Assembly: GCA_965116535.1 (NCBI GenBank)
Contig: OZ220703.1
Coordinates: forward strand, 1,037,287-1,101,286
Direction of reading: 5' to 3'
Length of the DNA stretch: 64,000 bases
Source of the DNA: Acidimicrobiales bacterium
Lineage (GTDB): Bacteria > Actinomycetota > Acidimicrobiia > Acidimicrobiales > Bin134
Made by a program: the position numbers and the translations under genes. The notes under the pieces are model-generated. The model did no database searches. It was given only the letters and a program-made list of their open reading frames with translations, and was not told where the DNA came from. Position 1 is the first letter of the stretch. The number at the start of each line of letters is the position of its first letter. Below are positions 60,337 to 64,000 of this stretch, piece after piece.

Positions 60337-61647
60337 CTATTGGTTGATCGCCGTGGCGACGTCGGTGGCGACGGTGTTGGCGATTTCTGGGGTTTCGGCT
60401 TCGACCATGATGCGGAGGAGGGGTTCGGTGCCGGAAGGGCGGACCAGAATTCGGCCGTTCGAACCCAGCTTTTCTTCGGCGGCGGAGACTGCGGCCGCCA
60501 GGCAGGCTTCGTCAATGGAGTGGGGATCGATGGCCACGTTGTGGAGTACTTGGGGCATCTTGGTCATGGCCTCGCGGGCCAGGTCGCGCAGCGGCAGACC
60601 TCTGCTGGCAACCACCTCGAGAAGCTGCAACGAGGTCACCAGACCGTCGCCGGTGGTGGCCAGGGAGGGGAAGATCACGTGGCCCGATTGCTCGCCGCCC
60701 AGCGCCCAGTTCCCTTCCTGAAGCACAGCTTGCACATGGCGGTCGCCCACCGGCGTGGTCACCACATTGATGCCCCGCTGGGCCATCGCCCGATGGAAGC
60801 CCAGGTTGGCCATCACGGTCACCACCACGGTGTTGCCCGGTAGCCGACCATGTTGAAGGCGGTCGACGGCGCAGATGGCGATGATCTGATCGCCGTCCAC
60901 CAATTCGCCGGTGTGGTCTACGGCCAATACCCGGTCAGCGTCCCCGTCGAAGGTGAGTCCCAGATCGGCCTCGTTCTTTCGGACTGCATTGGCCACTGTT
61001 TCGGGACGAGTAGAGCCACACCGGTGGTTGATGTTGCGGCCGTCGGGAGACGAGTTGATCACGGTGACGGTGACACCGTGGGCTTCAAGCGGGCCGGGCA
61101 AGGCGGCGGTGGCCGAGCCGTGAGCCGCGTCCACCACCACGTGGAGGCCGCTGCCGTTGAATTCAGCCGTGCTGGCCACCGCATCCAGATACTGCCGCAG
61201 CATCTCCGATCCATCAGAGGTTCGTGGAGGGGTGCCGAGCGTGGAAACTGTGGTGCGCCCGGGGTCGGCCAGCGCCGCCTCTAGGGACGCTTGGACCTCG
61301 TCGTCGAGCTTTCGGCCTTCGGGGCCGAACAACTTGATGCCGTTGTCGTACCACGGATTGTGCGACGCCGAGACGACTGCCCCCGGGGCTCGGGTTTGTG
61401 CCGCGCCCCACGCCACCGCGGGGGTTGGGGCCACCCCCAGGTCAAGGGTGGAGACCCCGACCGCGCTGAAGCCAGTGGCCAACGCGGCTGCGAATTCAGG
61501 ACTGGAATCTCGGGTGTCGCGTCCGATGACAACCGGGGCGGTTGGGGCAATCACCTCAGCTGCCGCTTGGGCCAGTCGGACGACGTCTTCAGGCAGGAGC
61601 TCTTGGTAGGCTCGGCCTCGAACTCCGTCAGTTCCAAAGCGAAGCAC
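60337..61647 (-). CDS. glmM: Phosphoglucosamine mutase
   Basis: FGTDGVRG, the active-site SASHNPWYDNGIK, and DGDADR. Confidence 0.92.
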   Translation of the reverse strand: MLRFGTDGVRGRAYQELLPEDVVRLAQAAAEVIAPTAPVVIGRDTRDSSPEFAAALATGFSAVGVSTLDLGVAPTPAVAWGAAQTRAPGAVVSASHNPWYDNGIKLFGPEGRKLDDEVQASLEAALADPGRTTVSTLGTPPRTSDGSEMLRQYLDAVASTAEFNGSGLHVVVDAAHGSATAALPGPLEAHGVTVTVINSSPDGRNINHRCGSTRPETVANAVRKNEADLGLTFDGDADRVLAVDHTGELVDGDQIIAICAVDRLQHGRLPGNTVVVTVMANLGFHRAMAQRGINVVTTPVGDRHVQAVLQEGNWALGGEQSGHVIFPSLATTGDGLVTSLQLLEVVASRGLPLRDLAREAMTKMPQVLHNVAIDPHSIDEACLAAAVSAAEEKLGSNGRILVRPSGTEPLLRIMVEAETPEIANTVATDVATAINQ

Positions 61648-61657
61648 TGAGCTGTTG

Positions 61658-62050
61658 CTAGCGCTTGGAGTACTGAGGCGCCTTGCGGGCTTTCTTCAAG
61701 CCGTACTTCTTGGATTCCTTCTTGCGGTCGTCGCGGGTTAGGAACCCCTCCTGCTTTAGAACTTCCCTCATCTCAGGGTCTAGCGCCACCAGCGCCCGGG
61801 TGATGCCCAGTCGCAGAGCTCCGGCCTGGCCGTTGGCTCCGCCTCCATGCATGTTCACGTCGATGTCGTACATCTCGGCGGTGTTGGTGACCTGGAGGGG
61901 GGCCATAAACGCCATCCGGTGGCTCCGGGAGGGGAAGTAGTCCTCAGCTTGGCGACCGTTCACGGTCACCTGCCCGGTGCCGGGGCGAAGCCGGACGCGG
62001 GCGACCGCTCGTTTGCGGCGTCCAGTGGCCTGGGTAAGAGGGGCAGACAT
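61658..62050 (-). CDS. rpsI: 30S ribosomal protein S9
   Basis: 130 aa ending ...[12 protein letters not shown]; [12 protein letters not shown]. Confidence 0.95.
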   Translation of the reverse strand: MSAPLTQATGRRKRAVARVRLRPGTGQVTVNGRQAEDYFPSRSHRMAFMAPLQVTNTAEMYDIDVNMHGGGANGQAGALRLGITRALVALDPEMREVLKQEGFLTRDDRKKESKKYGLKKARKAPQYSKR

Positions 62051-62508
62051 CAGGAGTCTCCGGTCTTGGATCGGGCCCCGGCGATCTCCAGAGGCTGGGG
62101 CTGCTGGGCTTCATGGGGATGGGCCGGTCCGGCGTAAACCTTGAGCTTGCGCAGCATCTGGCGACCTAGACGGTTCTTGGGGAGCATTCCTCGCACTGTT
62201 CGGCGAACGGCCTCAGCGGGCTGGGTCTCCAGCAGATGCCCGTAGCTGGTCTGGCGCAAACCGCCGGGATAGCCGGAGTGGCGATACACCTGCTTGTCAG
62301 TGGTCTTGCTGCCGGTGAGCACCACCTTGTCGGCGTTCACGATGATCACGTGGTCGCCGGTGTCGAGGTGGGGAGTGAAACCGGGCTTGTGCTTGCCCCG
62401 CAGCACGCTGGCCACCTCGGTGGCCATCCGACCGAGGATTAGCCCTTCGGCATCCACGACGTGCCACGCGCGTTCGATGTCTTTGATTTTCGGCGTGTAG
62501 GTGGGCAT
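62050..62508 (-). CDS. rplM: 50S ribosomal protein L13
   Basis: [33 protein letters not shown]... Stop/start overlap TGATG with rpsI. Confidence 0.95.
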   Translation of the reverse strand: MPTYTPKIKDIERAWHVVDAEGLILGRMATEVASVLRGKHKPGFTPHLDTGDHVIIVNADKVVLTGSKTTDKQVYRHSGYPGGLRQTSYGHLLETQPAEAVRRTVRGMLPKNRLGRQMLRKLKVYAGPAHPHEAQQPQPLEIAGARSKTGDS

Positions 62509-62601
62509 CGGCTTTCCTTCGGACGCGATCCCGGGAAAGGCAATGATACGGCCCCAGTTGGGGAAGTGACAACTGCCCCAGCAGGTGTGGCGCCCAATGA
62601 C

Positions 62602-63351
62602 TTAGGTATAGGACACCGACCACAGACAAAGGCCGTGGGGTGGGGCCAGATTGCCGGCGGCAGAGCGATCTCGGGCGGCCAGGATGGCAGCCATCGCCTC
62701 GGGAGGGCGTCGGCCGGCGCCGATTTCCACCAGGGCGCCGGTGATGGAGCGAACCATCTGGTGACAGAAGGAGGAGGCCTCGATCTCGAAGCACAGCAAA
62801 TCTTGATCAGCTGGTTGCCAGCCGGCTCGGTACACGACGCGCACCCGGGATTTCTCCGTTCCGTCAGCGGTGTGCTGTCGGCGGCAAAACGAGGAGAAGT
62901 CGTGTTCACCCACTACCGCGGCGGCGGCCGTGTTCATTTGATCGACGGCTAGTGGTCGAGGATGGTGCCAAGTCGTAGCAGCCAAGAATGGATCAGGCAC
63001 CTCCCGATTCAGAATCGTGTAACGGTAGGTGCGACTTGTGGCATCGAATCGGGCATCGAAGCCATCGGGAGCGGCCTCCAGGGCACGAACCACGATGGCG
63101 GGAGCCAACATGCGGTTAACCGCATTGCGGACGCGGAGAAGGTCGGCATCATCAGGGACGTTGAAGCTCACTATCTGACCCCACGCATGGACACCGGTGT
63201 CAGTTCGGCCCGCGCACGTCAGATCGACTGACTGGCGCAAGCACCGGGTTAGGGCGTCGGCGAGGTCGCCGCCGATGGTGCGGACCCCTTCATTGATGGC
63301 GAACCCGTGGAACGACCCGCCGTCGTAGGCGACGGTCGCTCGAACCCGCAC
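62602..63351 (-). CDS. truA: tRNA pseudouridine(38-40) synthase
   Basis: MRVRATVAYDGGSFHGF, AGRTDTGVHAWGQ (catalytic Asp). Confidence 0.9.
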   Translation of the reverse strand: MRVRATVAYDGGSFHGFAINEGVRTIGGDLADALTRCLRQSVDLTCAGRTDTGVHAWGQIVSFNVPDDADLLRVRNAVNRMLAPAIVVRALEAAPDGFDARFDATSRTYRYTILNREVPDPFLAATTWHHPRPLAVDQMNTAAAAVVGEHDFSSFCRRQHTADGTEKSRVRVVYRAGWQPADQDLLCFEIEASSFCHQMVRSITGALVEIGAGRRPPEAMAAILAARDRSAAGNLAPPHGLCLWSVSYT

Positions 63352-63366
63352 GACCGCTCGGTGTGA

Positions 63367-63720
63367 CTAGACCAGCTCGATGCGGGCCATGGGGGCGTTG
63401 TCGCCGTAGCGGGGTCCAAGCTTGAGAATGCGGGTGTAGCCGCCCGGTCGATTGGCATAGCGGGGGCCGATGTCCACCATGAGCTTGTCGGTGATCTCCG
63501 GGTCTCCCAGGTGGGCCAGGATCTGGCGGTGATTGTGCTGTCCGCCCTTCTTGGCTTTGGTGATGAGCTTCTCAGCTACCGGGCGCATGGCCTTGGCTTT
63601 GGCTTCGGTTGTGGTAATGGCCTCTGCCGCGATCAGAGAGGCGACCAAGTTGGCCATCATCAGCTTCTGGTGTTGCGAGCTGCCGCCGAAGCGGCGCCCC
63701 TTTCGTGGTCGTCCGGGCAT
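63367..63720 (-). CDS. rplQ: 50S ribosomal protein L17
   Basis: From the ATG at 63720: [29 protein letters not shown]...[25 protein letters not shown]. Confidence 0.93.
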   Translation of the reverse strand: MPGRPRKGRRFGGSSQHQKLMMANLVASLIAAEAITTTEAKAKAMRPVAEKLITKAKKGGQHNHRQILAHLGDPEITDKLMVDIGPRYANRPGGYTRILKLGPRYGDNAPMARIELV

Positions 63721-63733
63721 GGTTGTCTTCGTT

Positions 63734-64000
63734 CTACGAGCGGGGACCGGCGAGGGTGAGGCCTCGCTCGTCCAATTTCTCGTTGACCTCGTCCAGCGAC
63801 TTCTGACCGAAGTTGGTGATGGCCAGCAACTCGTCCTCGGTGCGGGCCAACAACTCACCGATCATGTTGATCTGGGCTCGCTTCAGGCAGTTGCGGGGCC
63901 GTTCGGAGAGCTCCAGGTCTTCTATGGGCAAGTCCAGGTCGGGGGCGCCGGCGAGAGCACTGCCCGCTTCCGCCATGCTCAGCCCCTGGGGCTCGTCGCT
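63734..64000 (-). CDS. rpoA: DNA-directed RNA polymerase alpha subunit, C-terminal part (5' end outside the window)
   Basis: The alpha-CTD sequence [51 protein letters not shown]. The frame stays open to the window edge. Confidence 0.88.
   Translation of the reverse strand, partial: SDEPQGLSMAEAGSALAGAPDLDLPIEDLELSERPRNCLKRAQINMIGELLARTEDELLAITNFGQKSLDEVNEKLDERGLTLAGPRS

Noticed and set aside
60309-60515. 69 aa N-terminal extension of the GlmS-like ORF (MTKPAWRPQSPPPKK...).
   Set aside because: It overlaps the 3' end of glmM and is Pro/Ser-rich. Ntn amidotransferases must start Met-Cys, which is the case for MCGIV at 60308.

Overview
This is a 64 kb, visibly GC-rich window with strong third-position G/C bias and many long antisense shadow ORFs. 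The gene content and order look like an Actinomycetota chromosome, possibly Acidimicrobiia-like; that taxonomic guess is inference only.

Most of the window is conserved housekeeping synteny:
- asd-ask
- acyl-CoA carboxylase beta and epsilon subunits
- thiolase
- recR-dnaX with an SRP RNA upstream
- three tRNA-Ser genes (GGA, TGA, GCT)
- guaA and guaB3
- groES-groEL with a perfect CIRCE operator
- tsaE-tsaB-rimI-tsaD
- alr, nnr, glmM
- rpsI-rplM, truA, rplQ and the 3' end of rpoA

Several accessory or decaying patches are embedded in this backbone:
- Two paralogous AAA/DUF4143-type ATPases lie directly 3' of tRNA-Ser(GGA).
- A tandem CoA-transferase pair sits next to a divergent TetR pair.
- A decayed MazF remnant lies beside a secreted FN3 protein whose 5' coding region carries a G11 tract.
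- An Lrp-regulated phenylalanine-hydroxylase plus aromatic-amino-acid-decarboxylase cassette is present.
- A decaying zone (frameshifted ORF fragments, a hipBA module with a 28-bp-phased triple repeat, an IS1595-like transposase relic, SulP) abuts the 3' end of tRNA-Ser(TGA).
- A mazEF-like module butts onto a second decarboxylase paralogue.

The most unusual locus is a roughly 990 aa GlmS-like amidotransferase in the glmS slot. It has two large insertions. Its conserved GlmS C-tail is encoded in the -1 frame, which runs on into the downstream 195 aa ORF.

No CRISPR array, rRNA, intact transposase or integrase was seen.
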